Below, piece after piece: positions 25,076 through 36,899 of a stretch of DNA of 64,000 nucleotides (positions within the stretch are counted from its first letter, which is position 1; each line of letters begins with the position of its first letter). Below the pieces are notes generated by a model that saw only the letters and a program-made list of their open reading frames with translations, ran no database searches and was not told the DNA's origin. This DNA comes from Squalus acanthias (lineage: Eukaryota). The position numbers were made by a program, and so were the translations under genes. The stretch is taken from NCBI GenBank assembly GCA_030390025.1, contig CM059432.1:75084001-75148000 (forward strand), read 5' to 3'.

Positions 25076-25258
25076 GATGTGGAGATGCCTGTGTTGGACT
25101 GGGATGGACAAAAGTGAGAAGTCGCACACCACCAGGTTATAGTCCAACAGCTTTATTTGAAATCACAAGCTTTCGGATTTCACCTGACGAAGGAGCAGCG
25201 CTCCGAAAGCTTGTGATTTCAAATAAAGCTGTTGATAACCTGGTGTTGTGCGACTTCT
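25076..25258. mobile_element. Penelope-type foldback (inverted pseudo-LTR) insertion
   Basis: About 60-bp inverted arms at 25114-25177 and 25202-25260. Exact 13-bp direct repeat CATAAATAATTCT at 25063-25075 and 25259-25271. AATAAA and a hammerhead core inside. Confidence 0.8.
25180..25216 (+). ncRNA. Minimal type-I hammerhead ribozyme motif
   Basis: TCAC-CTGACGA-A-GGAGC(AGC)GCTCC-GAAA-GC-TT-GTGA: stem I TCAC/GTGA, CUGANGA box, 5-bp stem II, GAAA box, palindromic AGCU stem III, UH site. Confidence 0.7.
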
Positions 25259-27433
25259 CATAAATAATTCTCTACACTCAGCCTTTGCCTGCTTAAAAAA
25301 AACTCAAATTTCAGTTGGTTGAAATTAACCAACATTATAAAATATGGCCCAGAGCCCGGAGAAATTAGTGGAAAAATATAAGCTTATAGGGTAGGAAAAA
25401 AAAACTGAGCAGAATAGCCATGTCATAACACAAGAGGACAGAATAGTTCAGGCAATGGAATATTCCACAATTAATTTTCATTATGATTGTGCAGAAAGCA
25501 CAAAGCTGACTTAAGGAAATTTCTACCCTTTTTGGATTCCACGAGTAAAGTACCATCACACATTTTTGTCCCTTTCTCCACATAGCCTCCATTTCATTAG
25601 TAAATCATCTGTCAGCTAAACATCACAAGATCCCAGTGATACAGAATATAAAATGGTTTTAACATGGAAAACAAGAGCTGCAAAGAAGAAATACTCCCAC
25701 TAACTAAACAACTACTTGCAAAAAGAAAGGTTTTTGCTAGCACAGCTCAGCATCCCCTCCCACAAGATCCGATATTTTGTGCCAGGTAGAAGCATTGATC
25801 TCCACTCAACTAATGTCAGTGTGCAGCTGATCTAAAAGTACAGTTATCAGCATTGAATGTAGAATAAAAGATGTTAACCAGAGAGAGCAATCCCCATCAA
25901 AGTACTAGGCAGTATCTTGAGAAAAGGGCCAGATTTACCCAACTGCAGTTCATAACCACACACCAATGAAATAAAATGCAATGCACTTAGGAAATAATAA
26001 TTTGTAAGACCATCTAAAACATTGAAGAGTTTTACTCTTTATTTGTAAGGGTTTTTTATATTGGTCTTTAATTCGGATTTTAGGGACCCAACATCCATGA
26101 GCCAGCTCCTGACATTTATGCTATTAAATTGGTTTTCTGTAGACCTGCAGACCCAATCTGGGAACCTAAATTTAACAGAACAAATGTCAAAGCTGGCTCC
26201 TGACACCTGGATTCTGAACTAAAAGAAGCCCAACATAAAAGTGGCTTTAGAAAAATCGACAGAATAAAAGCTGGTGAAATTGTAGTAATTAGGTTCCTGA
26301 CTAACCTGTTACTTCCAGATGGTCAGGCTCTGAGGGTTCACTCACTTCTGCATAATTCACATATTCTGTAGTGACAAAAAAACAAAGAAAGCATTCACTC
26401 ATTTTAAAGAGGCTCTGCAATTTCAATCCTGGGGCTGGGATCACCCTGCCTGCACATTGACATTTAAATTAATGTAAATGACAAACTTTAAACAGAGGTG
26501 AAAAAAAACCCAAGTGGTGCAGGACACCAGTCAGATAGCTCAGTGGTACTGCGCCACAGTGTGGTACGATGCAGATCTGCACCCAAGATCGCCTACATTT
26601 CATCTCACTATATATAGTAATTACACCTGTTTTATAATTATTTCAAAAACAAAAAATAATTTGAGTACATACATGAGGTAGCACTATAACTTAGAATAAA
26701 TAAGATGTTTAAATTGAAATGGATTTTTAAAAATAAATTGTAGTGTACATTTGAATCTCTCCTTCTCAACTTTTTAAAATCAAAAGCATCATCTATGGCA
26801 CTGCTCTGCTATTCTGCCAATCTATTCCACCACAAAAAGATAAGAAATGTTATGATCATTTTGGCTGACTTCCTGTCTCCTTGCCTGTCCTCTTCCTCAG
26901 TCAGAAGGAAAGGTGGGTAGGCAAGTTAAAATGGTTTGCAATGCAAAACTCCCTACAGCTACAATCAATTCCACTTTACCGTCAAATAACAGTCAGGCAT
27001 TCTTGATCAGCCAGACATTCTTTATGGATGGAATAGTCTTCCTGTCAATTCTCTCTCAAAAGATTGGTTCCTCCAACATACATAACTAAGCAAAGCTATG
27101 AATGGCTGGGATGCAAATAAAAACCTGTACTTAATGCTCGCCACTAGATTGCATCAATTACTAATAAATTACCTCTCTCACTTTTCTCTTTGGGTAGCTG
27201 AAATTTAAAAAAAATGACTATAGTTTCAAAAATAAAACATGAGTTTTATTGTATAAAGAATGCTGGGAGGCAAATATATCTTGGAACAACTTCAACTGCA
27301 TCAACTTACACTGGAGAATAAAGAGTAGATACTAAACAGTCTTGTACTAACACTTAAATAAAATGAAGATTTCCACAGAAGCCCCACAATAGAAATCACT
27401 GTTGCGTTTTAAATTTGAAATGAAAACCAATAC

Positions 27434-27478
27434 CTTCTTCTGTTGGATGCTCTTCAGTACCCTCCAGAATATCACCCT
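27434..27478 (-). CDS. ASPH: ASPH exon, 45 nt, EGDILEGTEEHPTEE
   Basis: ctcaatttcctcag / gtattg, phase 1-1. Confidence 0.85.
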
Positions 27479-30400
27479 CTGAGGAAATTGAGTTACATTA
27501 CTAAATATGTTGACTGGCATTTGACAAATGTTTGTGAATCAACGAAGAACCTAGTGTTTCAGCATCTAGATTTCAAACAGCGCAATCATGCATCGTTTTA
27601 ACAGAAGAAATTACAGCTTCCTCTCTTGAAGGAAAACCACCCACATCATTTTTTGCAGTTCTAAGCTTTATGTGGCCTTATGACCTAAGAATCAGCATAA
27701 GATTTTCAAAGTGGTCACACATGTAGAGATTTAAGCCCCATTTACCCTGAAACAGTAATTTTGAATTACCACACAGAGGAGATTTATGTTTGTTACAGAT
27801 AAAGTTTCAAGCAAAAGTAGTCGAGCAAAACATGTACTGTGGTTTAAGTACTCAACTTTACTATAACCATAGTAGACTGTTGCCTTTTTCACCTAAGCAT
27901 CATTGCTCTTGGTCTGATACAAACAGGATTTGAAATTATACCATTTCACCATATTGTTTGAAACAGAGGTCAAGTGTTCACACAAGAACACACATTAGCG
28001 ATTGTAACATTTATTTCTGCCTGCACTTCATTCTTATGCAATTCTATCCATAAATAACTGAACAGGAAAGAGTGCCATCTGAACCACTAGATAAGCAGAA
28101 CTGTCTTAGCAGTAACCAAGCCAACATTTTGATAAACTGTATGTGCCTGTTGTATGATATGGATTTTCAAACCGAGATCCAGTGAGAAGATCCCAGAGGG
28201 TTGGACAGTCTTTAAGTTTTTGTTGTCAGCAGATTTCTGCAATTGTGATTTACTAGTACATATTTTTGTTGCAAATACAAATAAATATAAAATACACACC
28301 AAAATATTTCTGCAATAGCATTGTTTTCCTTTGAATAGCTGACTATGTCTTTCAAGGATTGCATGGGAATGTGCCAATATTTGCAGATCTCCACAGAGAA
28401 AATTTGAAAACCACTGAGGTAAGATAGCAATCAACACTTCACACCAGAGTAAATTAATTAGCAATTTCAACACAGAAACCAATTTTTTTTTTTTTAATAC
28501 AAACTTACAGTTGATCATCAAAAACATACAACTTCACTTTCATCCTCCCAGTGAGTACACAATGGAAGGTTGGCTGTTTGACACACTACCCTTTCTTTCA
28601 CTTCAGATCCAGGTTTAACACCAGTCCAGACGAAATGAAGTCTCCCCTCTCTGATTGCTACAATGGCCTGAAGGAGGTTACACAATCTCAATTCAGTCTT
28701 GAGGGGAGTGAGCCCACAGCACAAAACTGTCTTAAGGGTAGCTGGGGCGGGACTTGGAAAAGTTACCCTGTTGGAAGCCCCTCTGAGATTGGAGCGGAGG
28801 GACATTGCTGAAGAGTAGTAGCTAGCAAGTTGCATGTGGTTCTTCTGTAGCTGAAGCATGACTTTGAATGCTTTGGTTTGTTGTCCTGGCTGCAAAGAGT
28901 CCCAAACAACAAAGGACATGATCAGCCAGAACGAAACACACAGCTCTCTTTCCATTCTGACTTGGTTAATGTATATTTTTGAATTCATTGTACCATAGTA
29001 ATATTAATTGAGGACTGCACATCCAGCATATGTTTCAAAATACGGATGAAGATAGGGATCTTAAACTTGGGCTTTACCTTCCTAACAAAAAGCTTTTCTT
29101 TAAGAAATGAATTTATGCACTTTAATCAGCCCCCTATAAAAGTTAAGTAGGGTTTTTAACAAATATAAATTGTAACATTTATAGCTTAAATACAGGCTGT
29201 GATCTTCTGATTCCAGCAGGATTGCATAAACTGTTTGTAGAAAAGTAAACTCATGCAAAATGGTGCATTTGGTTTATTCCCATCAAAGCGGGGATGGTGA
29301 GGAGGGAGGGCAGGGAGGGGGAGAGGCTAATAAAGACGACAAATGTTTACAATATTCAATGTAGTTATTGAATGCAGCATTCAGTAATGAGTTTGACATT
29401 GGGTTATGCTTTCTAGGTTGTGAACTTAAACACCAAAGTTCCCAATTTGCTGCCATGAACATCAGCAGTTGTGTTTTTCCTGCAAACCTTTCCACTACAT
29501 TTCTGGCCTACCCTTTTTCTCTCTCTCCCTCTTTCACATTAAAAAGCAAAATATGTCACATAAAATGTAAACTCAATACCAACCTGAAATTCTAAATCAA
29601 TCATGAAAATGTAATGTCAACCTAGAAATCTAAAGAGCGGACTAAAACCTTCAAAGGTGACAACCCAAAAATGGCCCCGATAATAGCACTCTGACATGAA
29701 AACAAGTAGTTATGTGCATTTTGTATCTTAAGCTGTAGGTATACACAACATTAATTCATTTGAATTGGAGGGAAGAAAAACTAAGAGGCAAATACAAATG
29801 TTGAAGGCAGAAAATCTCTGCTACATTTGTAGGGGTGTCTCCTCCTGGAAAATTTTGAACAACTACCCCTTCACTTTCTGTTATTTTCACTTCCCTCTCC
29901 AATTCATTGCCATTCTTTTCATACCCACCTTTCCCTTTCCTGTTACTAATGGAGGGATTCAAGTCACTGCATACTTTAGTTAAGAGGCTCCTGTTCTCAT
30001 AAGAATTCCTGCCTACAGTAAACAGCTGTCGAGATCCCTTCAATTATTCGCCGGTTTTTTTGTAGGAGTGGCCCTGCGGGGTCAAATTCATACCGATTTT
30101 GGGCGGCCAATGCTGTTTCGGCCCCCAAAACACTGACCATCACACTGATAGTCGGCATGTATGTGAAAATTATCTAGTCCAAGAAGCTCTTGTGAAATAA
30201 ATGACATGTTCAATCTTCAGCTCAATAACTTTTACAGTTTCTTCAGATGTCTGAAGAGCACCCCTTGGTCAAAAAGTTTTATTTTGCAGGATGGGGGAAA
30301 AGGAGAGTTAGTGCAATTTCTTCAAACTTTTCCCCTAAGTGCAGGTTTTGTTGTTGGGGGAAAAAAAAAAAATCAAAATTGATTTTTATGGCAATATCAG

Positions 30401-30600
30401 AATCTATCAGGAGTGAGATGGCAGCTTAATGCTGAAGTTGACATTGGAAACATTTTCAATCTGCTGTTGGATAAGAAAACTGTGAAACTGAATAGTATTT
30501 TTAAATCTGTTGATGGACAAAGAAATCTTGCATATCCCTAGGGGAAAAGGTTCAAAGCAAAGTGAAGACTGAATGGCTAAATAGGGATTGTGTAGACATT

Positions 30601-31354
30601 GCTGAAGAAATTCTGTTCCCCACGGGTGGGTACGCGCTGCGTACTCACCCGTAGGGCCAACGGAAGTGCCGGTTTTACGCACGCACTGCGCATGCGCTGG
30701 AAACCGGCACTTCCGTTCTCTGCAGAAAGGGCTTTCCTGGACAAACGCCTGCGCCGGATAGGCAGCCCTTACGTTAAAAACTTCCTTTTTTTCCCACACT
30801 GGCTCGAGTCCAGGTAAGTTGGGAACAGCTGTGCCTAGTAAAGCAGGCGCAAGGCCTGCTTTTAGCAGGCTAATAGTTTAAAGTAAAAAAAAAAATTTTC
30901 CCACTGATTTATTATTTTAAAATACTTTAAAGAAAGGTACGTTTATTCTTAGCCCCGTTAAAAACTTTAATTATTTTTTTCAAAAATTTAAATTTTTGTT
31001 TAAAATAGTTAATTTATGTAATTTATAGTCATTTTAAAAATGTGATTTAAAAAAAAATTATTTGAAGTTTTACTTATGTCTTGGGGCTCATCTCTATTCA
31101 TAGATTTGACAGGTCTTCCTGTCAAATCTATGAATGGAGATTCCCTGCTCTGATTGGCTCCTCATGGCCCACGTGATCTCAGGGACGCTGCGAACTAGCT
31201 GCGCCCCTGGGATACGCGTGCCCTGCACACCGGCAGATTGAAGAGGCACAGCAACGGAAGTGTGCGCGTCCCGGGAGCCCTCCGGTCCAAGCGGAGATTT
31301 TTCCGAATCGCAGCCCTCCGCCCGCGGGAGGGCTGCAAACGGAATTTCTGGGCC
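30601..31354. mobile_element. MITE family A copy 2 (same orientation as copy 1)
   Basis: Right TIR GGAATTTCTGGGCC, decayed left TIR. Same internal palindromes as 3264-4031. Confidence 0.8.
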
Positions 31355-31479
31355 AAAAACTTTATTAGTATGAAAGGTTCAATTATCAGGATAGTGGGAA
31401 CAAGCAACAGCTGAGGGTAATTAAAGCCAGTATTGGGATACTGAAAAGGCATTAGATAAAAGGATAGCAGAAGTTGCAG

Positions 31480-34400
31480 TAGTGATGGCAAGGCTTTTTT
31501 CAGTTATATTGGAAGTCAGAATGCAATTAAAGACCATATTGGTCCTTTGAGAGCAGGTTAAATATGGTTGATGAGCTAAATAAATAATTTGCATCAATGT
31601 TTGCTTCTGAAGTCAATGACAATCTCATAATTGCACAATAGGCGTGCAATTAAAATTGCCTCAACAGAAGTAAGTGCAAAAATGGTTTTAGCTGAGAGCA
31701 ATGTGCTTAATGCAGAGAACTACAGAATCTTATCCGTATTACTCACAGTGCAAAAGCAAAATGGAGGAGGCAGGGTGTGAGCTACTGGTTCATATTGAGT
31801 TGAGATCTAGCTTTGTTCCCATTGATTGGATTGAAGCTCATGTGGTCCCATTATTTAAGAAGAAATCAGAGCTCGGTAATTACAGGGCCATGACCCGACA
31901 TCAGTTGTTGGGAAGCTGCTGGAAAGCATTATATGGAATGTCATTTATGATCATTTGCAGATTTCAACTGTTTAGGGAATTCCAGGATGGCTTTAAGAAG
32001 CTCAGACAAGGTGGCTCCTAGGGAGCTCCTCATTGCTACACCTCCATCCATGGGAATCTGCTACCATCCTTTGCCCTTTTACTCCCAAATCTCCTCGCTT
32101 CCACTGTTTAAGTTCCCCATGCGCTATTAGTTGGTGCATTTTAGCCCTAACTGCAAGTCTCCGCTCCCCTAAGTCCAAGGGACACAGACTTGAACAGATA
32201 TGGTGGACAATGGTTTAGCCATTCACCGTCAGATCTGGCTGGACCACAAAGCACCATCAGGTCCTGCTCTCATCTGCCAAAACTGTTTGCATTCCAGAAT
32301 GATCCTGGAATAGTGAAGATAACGCCCGGGTTCTTTTCTCCACTGCAAACCGTCTTCTTAAACCCTTCTCCCCTGTCTCCTCCACCCTCACCTCCAACAG
32401 GTGTGAGGAGCTCATGGACTTCTTTATCTCTAAGATTGAGACCATCCGATCAGCTGCCTCTGCCACTTCCCTTCCTTCCCCATGCCCACCAGGCCAAACT
32501 TCCTCTAAGGCTCCCCCCTGCCCTAGCCCTGAATTCGCATCTTTCTCCAGTTTCTCTCCGATCTCCCCTCATGACCTCTCCGAGCTCATCTTGTCCATGA
32601 GACCCACTTGCTGCTCCCTCGATCCTATTCCCACTAAACTGCTGACCACCCAAACTTCCATGTTTGAATCCTTCCAATCAGGTTTCTGCCCCGCCACAGT
32701 ACCGAAACAGCTCTCAGTCACAAATGACATCCTATGTGACGGTGACAAAGGTAAACTATCCCTCCTCATCCTTCTCTGCAGCCTTTGACACAGTTGTCCA
32801 CTCTGGTGTCCCCCAAGGATCTATCCTTGGCCCCCTCCTATTTCTCATCTACACGCTGCCCCTTGGCGACATCATCCGAAAACACAGCGTCAGTTTCCAC
32901 ATGTACAACACCCAGCTCTACCTCACCACTTCTCTCAACCCCTCCACTGTCTCTAAATTGTCAGACTGCTTGTCCGACATCCAGTACTAGATGAGCAGAA
33001 ATTTCATCCAACTAAATACTGGGAAGACCGAAGCTATTGTCTTCGGTCCCCGCCACAGACTCCGTTCGCTAGCCACCAACTCCATCCCTCTCCCTAGCAT
33101 CTGAGGCTAAACCATACTGTTCGCAGCCTTGGTGTCATATTTGACCCTGAAATGAGCTTCCGACCACATATGTTATGGAGCAGGAAATAGGCGGTCTTAA
33201 TTATGGCGCCATAATCAAGATCACCCATGTCCATCTCCGTAACATCGCCCGACTCCACCCCTGCCTCAGCTCATCTGCTGCTGAAACCCTCATCCATGCC
33301 TTTGTTACCTCTAGACTCGACTATTCCAAAGCACTCCTGGCCGGCCTCCCGCGTTCTATCCTCCATCAACTTGAGGTCATCCAAAACTCTGCTGCTCATG
33401 TCCAAACTCGCAACAAGTCCCGTTCACCCATCACCCGCGCTCGCTGACCCACACTGGCTCCCGGTTAAGCAACGCCTCGATTTTAAAATTCTCATCCTTG
33501 TTTTCAAATCCCTTCATGGCTTCACCCCTCCTTATCTGTAACCTCCTCTAGCCCTACAACCACCCCCACCCCTCCCACAGGCCCAAAGCTCTGGAATTCC
33601 CTCCATAAACCTCTCCGCCTCTTTACCTTTCTCCTCCTTTAAGACGCTCCTTAAAACCTACCTCTTTGACCAAGCTTTTGGCCATCTGCCCTAATATCTC
33701 ATGTGGCTCAGTGTCAAACTTTGTTTCATAACACTCCTGTGAAGCGCCTTGGGACGTTTTACTACATTAAAGGCGCTATATAAATACAAGTTGTTGTTGC
33801 TTATGGCCTGCCTCACTAACCTGACTAAATTCTTTGAAAAATTATGAAAATAATCCTACTGATATTTTATACCTTGATTTCCAAAAAGCGTTTGATAAAG
33901 TAACACACAGCTGGCTATTGGAAAAAATGAAGTCATAGAGGATTATCGGACACCTATCATGTTGGATAGGTGGCTGGTTGAAATCACATTAAGCAGAGGG
34001 GTGTTGTAAATCAGAGTTGAACTGATGGGATTGGTCACAAGTGGAGTTTCACAGGGCTTTAACAATGCTGTTCATTTTCATTAACGATTTAGAGCAGGGT
34101 GTAACTGGAACTATTCTTAAATTTGCTTATGACATGAAAAGGTCTGCACAAGTCCATAATTGAAACAAATCAATGGGTTGCAATTTGATTTAGACAAGTT
34201 AGGAGGATGGGCCTGCATGTAACAGATGTCATTTAATGTGGACAAGTGCAGTATCATGCATTTGGAATCAGGAAACTCCAGGCATACGTATACCATGCAG
34301 ACATACCCATTAAGGATTGAGAAACAGATTTGGGATTGTCAATTACTTATTGGCTATGACTATAGGGAAAGGCACATCCACACTTGAAATATTCTGTCAA

Positions 34401-34790
34401 GTTTTAATCTCTGCACATGGTGAAGGATAGAGAGTCTGAGGAATGTACAGAGAAGGGCAATCAGGATGAAAAACTAACCTTGCAATCTGTTATAGTTATG
34501 TAAAGATAGGATCCAAGAGTTATTTAACTGGGGCTATTTACTTTGAAGAAATGCAGCCTTAGAGGAGATATGACTGAGGTTTTCAAAATGATTAATGGAT
34601 TGGATTCAGACCATTTAGACAGACTAATTCAGGTGGAGAAGGATGGTAGACAAGAGGGCATAAAGTTAGGTTAGACTTCAGGAAGTAGTTCATTTCTTTT
34701 TGCAGACATTTCTAATCCTTGAAACTAACCATCAAATCATGTGGTGGGTAAGAGTCGCTCTAGTCCCGTAAACGGGGACTTGATAAGTTA
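31480..34790 (+). mobile_element. Old decayed CR1 RT region interrupted by a younger L2
   Basis: VVPLFKK..LGNYR and QDGF before the L2. CLTNL..FFE, YLDFQKAFDKV and LRGDM.EVFK after it. Confidence 0.7.
32160..33799 (+). mobile_element. Internally deleted L2 LINE
   Basis: [39 protein letters not shown], and a (TTG)n-type tail. Confidence 0.9.
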
Positions 34791-34867
34791 CTCAGAGGAG
34801 GGAATTTCCTGTTATAGAGGTTACAGCTAGTTATGATTGTAACGAGTTACAGGCTACTACAGTTGTC

Positions 34868-35682
34868 TTTTTTTTATATTTGTTCCGGAGATGTGGGCGT
34901 CGCTGGGAAGGCCAGCATTTATTGCCCATCCCTAATTGCCCTCGAGAAGGCGGTGGTGATCCGCCTTCTTGAACCGCTGCAGTCCATGTGAAGGTACTCC
35001 CATAGTGCTGTTAGGGAGGGAGTTCCAGGATTTTGACCCAGCGACGATGAAGGAATGGCGATATATTTCCAAGTCAGGATGGTAACTTGGAGGGAAACTT
35101 GCAGGTGATGGTGTTCCCAGGCACCTGCTGACCTTGTCCTTCTGGTTGGTAGAGGTCGAGTGTTTGGGAGGTGCTGCCGAAGATGCCTTGGCGAGTTGCT
35201 GCAGTGCATCTTGCAGATGGTACACACTGCACCAACGGTGCGCCAGTGGTGGAGGGAGTGAATGTTTAAGGTGGTGGATGGGGTGCCAAATCAAGCGGGC
35301 TGCTTTGTCCTAGATGGTGTCAAGCTTCTTGAGTATTGTTGGAGCTGCACTCATCCAGGAAAGTGAAGAGTATTCCATCACACTCCTGACTTGTGCCTTG
35401 TAGATGGTGGAAAGGCTTTAGGGAATCAGGAGGGAAGACACTCACTACACAATACCAGCCTCTGACCTGCTCTTGTTGCCACAGTATTTATGTGGGTGGT
35501 CCAGTTAAGTTTCTGGTCAATGGTGACCCCCCCCCCCGCCCCCCTCCCAGGATGTTGATGGTGGGGGATTCGGCGATGGTAATGCTGTGGAATGTCAAGG
35601 AGCGGTGATTAGACTCTCGCTTTTTGGAGGTAGTCATTGCCTAGCACGAATGTTACTTGCCACTTATCAGCCCAAGCCTGAA
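34868..35682 (-). mobile_element. 3' fragment of the LINE family seen at 7031-9051
   Basis: Reverse-complement similarity to about 8260-9050. Confidence 0.9.
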
Positions 35683-35908
35683 TAGTCTCCTTTGGTAACG
35701 TTTGTTAAGTTGGGTACGGTCTGATAAAGGAGCCCAAACAAGTGAAGGAAAGCTCTCCTCATAACCTCAGGGCCAGTCAAATTTAGAGAACGGGCCAACC
35801 AGAAAAAATTAATGTTTGGCCCAGAAATCAGAACTTTTTGAAATTTTCATCTGGCTAACTGCAAGCATTGCTTTGCTATTTGTGAAGTATTAACTTAAAT
35901 GAAATACT

Positions 35909-36623
35909 GGCCCAGAAATTGATCTCGCTCTGTTCCCGCGGGGGTAAGGAGCAGGCGCGATCTCTCACTCCGCGTTGGCTTTTTCAGATCCAGCTCGCAC
36001 GAACTTGATGTTCCAGACATCAGCTGGGCAGTGCTTGCGTATCCCACCGGCATAGTGAATTCGTGCGAGCTGTGGGATCACGTGACTCAGTTAGAGCCAA
36101 TGGCAGCACACCATCTTCCATTCATAAGTTTCACATACGTGCTGTGAAAGCTATGAATCTTACACCCCCCCAAAATAACAGCTAAACCTCAATTAAATTT
36201 AAAAAAAAAACCATCACATTAATAAAATAAGTAGTTAAATAAATTAACCATTTTAAATAAAAAATTAAATTTTTGAAAAAATTTAAAATCTTTTAAAAAG
36301 TTATAAAAATAAACTTACCTGTCTTTAAAGTCTCTAAAAAAGATATACCTGTTAAAAAAAAATTCAAAAAAATACTTACCTTGTTAAAAGTGGGTCTTAC
36401 TCCTCCTTTTTCCATTTCTAAAATCTTCCGTACTTACCTGCGCGTCCAAAGCACTAAGTGCACAGCGTGTGCGCAAGCCTGTAGCGCGCACGCGATGCAC
36501 CGAGGACCCGCCCCCTTTTCCAAAGACCAAGTGCCGGTTTTCAGACCAAAACCGGCAATTGGAGAGAGAATACGCGAGAGTACGCAGTGCGTACTCTCGC
36601 GCAGCGGGATCAATTTTTGGCCC
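35909..36623. mobile_element. MITE family A copy 3 (inverted relative to copies 1 and 2)
   Basis: TIRs GGCCCAGAAATTGATC / GATCAATTTTTGGCCC. Exact ACT duplication at 35906-35908 and 36624-36626. Confidence 0.85.
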
Positions 36624-36854
36624 ACTATCTTTACCATCATAGATATCTTTTGGCACTGCTTCATTGAATGCTTCAACTACAATTAAAAATATATCCATCC
36701 GGTTTATCGTCTCTCCCAGGAGTGACTGTAGCATGATGCATGGGGCTAGATGGGCCAGTGGGTATTTTCCAGTACATCATTTTTTTATGTTTCTATGTAC
36801 CACAGAAGCCATAATCTCTTAATACACAATATTACACTTGAAAATGATGCCCAC

Positions 36855-36899
36855 CTTCCTCTGTAGGCTCTTCCACTGCCTCTGGAAGAGGTACTGCAA
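36855..36899 (-). CDS. ASPH: ASPH exon, 45 nt, VAVPLPEAVEEPTEE
   Basis: tcttcctatcttacag / gtgggc, phase 1-1. Confidence 0.8.

Noticed and set aside
29078..29081. ttttgttag-GAAG-gtaaag, a 4-nt microexon-like motif
   Set aside because: Frame-breaking and easily a chance match.
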